NCBI GenBank assembly: GCA_964016885.1
Contig: OZ024740.1
Location: 265,794,001 to 265,858,000, forward strand
Reading direction: 5' to 3'
DNA length: 64,000 nt
Source: Eledone cirrhosa
Lineage: Eukaryota
Positions within the stretch are counted from its first letter, which is position 1. The number at the start of each line of letters is the position of its first letter. The position numbers were made by a program, and so were the translations under genes. This document shows positions 63,312 through 64,000 of the stretch, piece after piece. A model generated the notes under the pieces. The model did not search any database and was not told the DNA's origin. It saw nothing but the letters and a program-made list of their open reading frames with translations.

Positions 63312-63387
63312 TTAATCTGTTATTTTAATAAATATATATATATATATATATATATATCTCTCTCTCTCTCTCTCTCTTTATATATAT

Positions 63388-63487
<100 letters not shown>

Positions 63488-63689
63488 AGAGAGAGAGAGA
63501 GTAAGAGAGAGAGAGAGAGAGAGAGATGTATATAAATATATATGTGTGTGTGTGTGTATGTGTGTGTGAGTATTTCTCTGTTTATAATTAAGAATAGTTT
63601 TCCGAAAGTACACATTATGGGAAATACATATTTATTTCATATAGTAGTGTATTCTACAGGTGTATAAATGTTTCATTTCTTTAAAATCA

Positions 63690-63739
<50 letters not shown>

Positions 63740-63777
63740 AAACGAAAAATCAGTGATGCATCTAGACTCAGTTTATT

Positions 63778-63869
63778 ACGTGTTACAATTGTTTCGCTGG
63801 CAGATAGCTCGAGACACGATCATTGTATGGATCTGTCTGATTCTAGAACTGCGGGTTCTTCGGACACAT
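63778..63869 (-). ncRNA. Type I hammerhead, C4 core, expanded stem II
   Basis: Minus strand: atgtgt-CCGAAGA-accc gcag...ctgc cagc-GAAA-caattg-TA-acacgt. Confidence 0.65.
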
Positions 63870-64000
63870 GCAATGCTTTCGGAGCAAATTTTCTCACTGG
63901 GGTGTTAGCTTCAAAAAATACCTTCAAATAACATCTTCCACTCTTGTCTTGCCATTGGCTGTTGTTTTTCTACGTCATCATAGATTCTGGTCAATATTTG

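Larger units (their letters stand above)
61933..63333 (-). mobile_element. Penelope-like element: GIY-YIG segment between ~290-bp inverted pseudo-LTRs
   Basis: ORF 62351-63004 (IIWYNPPY, KIFNRNTIKISYST, CNC, NIVYKC, YIGLT..FKQR); 61933-62221 is inverted relative to 63044-63333. Confidence 0.93.

Overview
This is a 64-kb, very AT-rich, repeat-saturated animal genomic window. It is probably a coleoid cephalopod such as Octopus, inferred from the SINE types and the (TA)n/(CATA)n/(GATA)n load. I found no convincing host gene; nearly all long ORFs in the track are microsatellite artefacts. The real content is retroelements sitting in microsatellites: three Tx1/L1-clade LINEs (two near full-length), an R4/Dong-like RLE element plus a second 3' fragment, RTE-type non-autonomous elements stacked in a (CATA)n array, a CR1-like endonuclease fragment, tRNA-derived SINEs and about seven Penelope-like (GIY-YIG) fragments. 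The main hidden signal is a dense set of type I hammerhead ribozymes (HHRs): more than 20 motifs from roughly 10 or more families. Most have tiny palindromic stem III elements (CUAG, CGAUCG, CAAUUG, CCGCGG, CUAAUUAG). Many have greatly expanded stem II or non-canonical cores (U3-A8, A4, C4, A3). They lie in Penelope pseudo-LTRs and in 460-560 bp non-coding, retrozyme-like tandem or inverted units, and inversion breakpoints repeatedly fall at the ribozyme. All folds were read by eye; no computation or database search was run.
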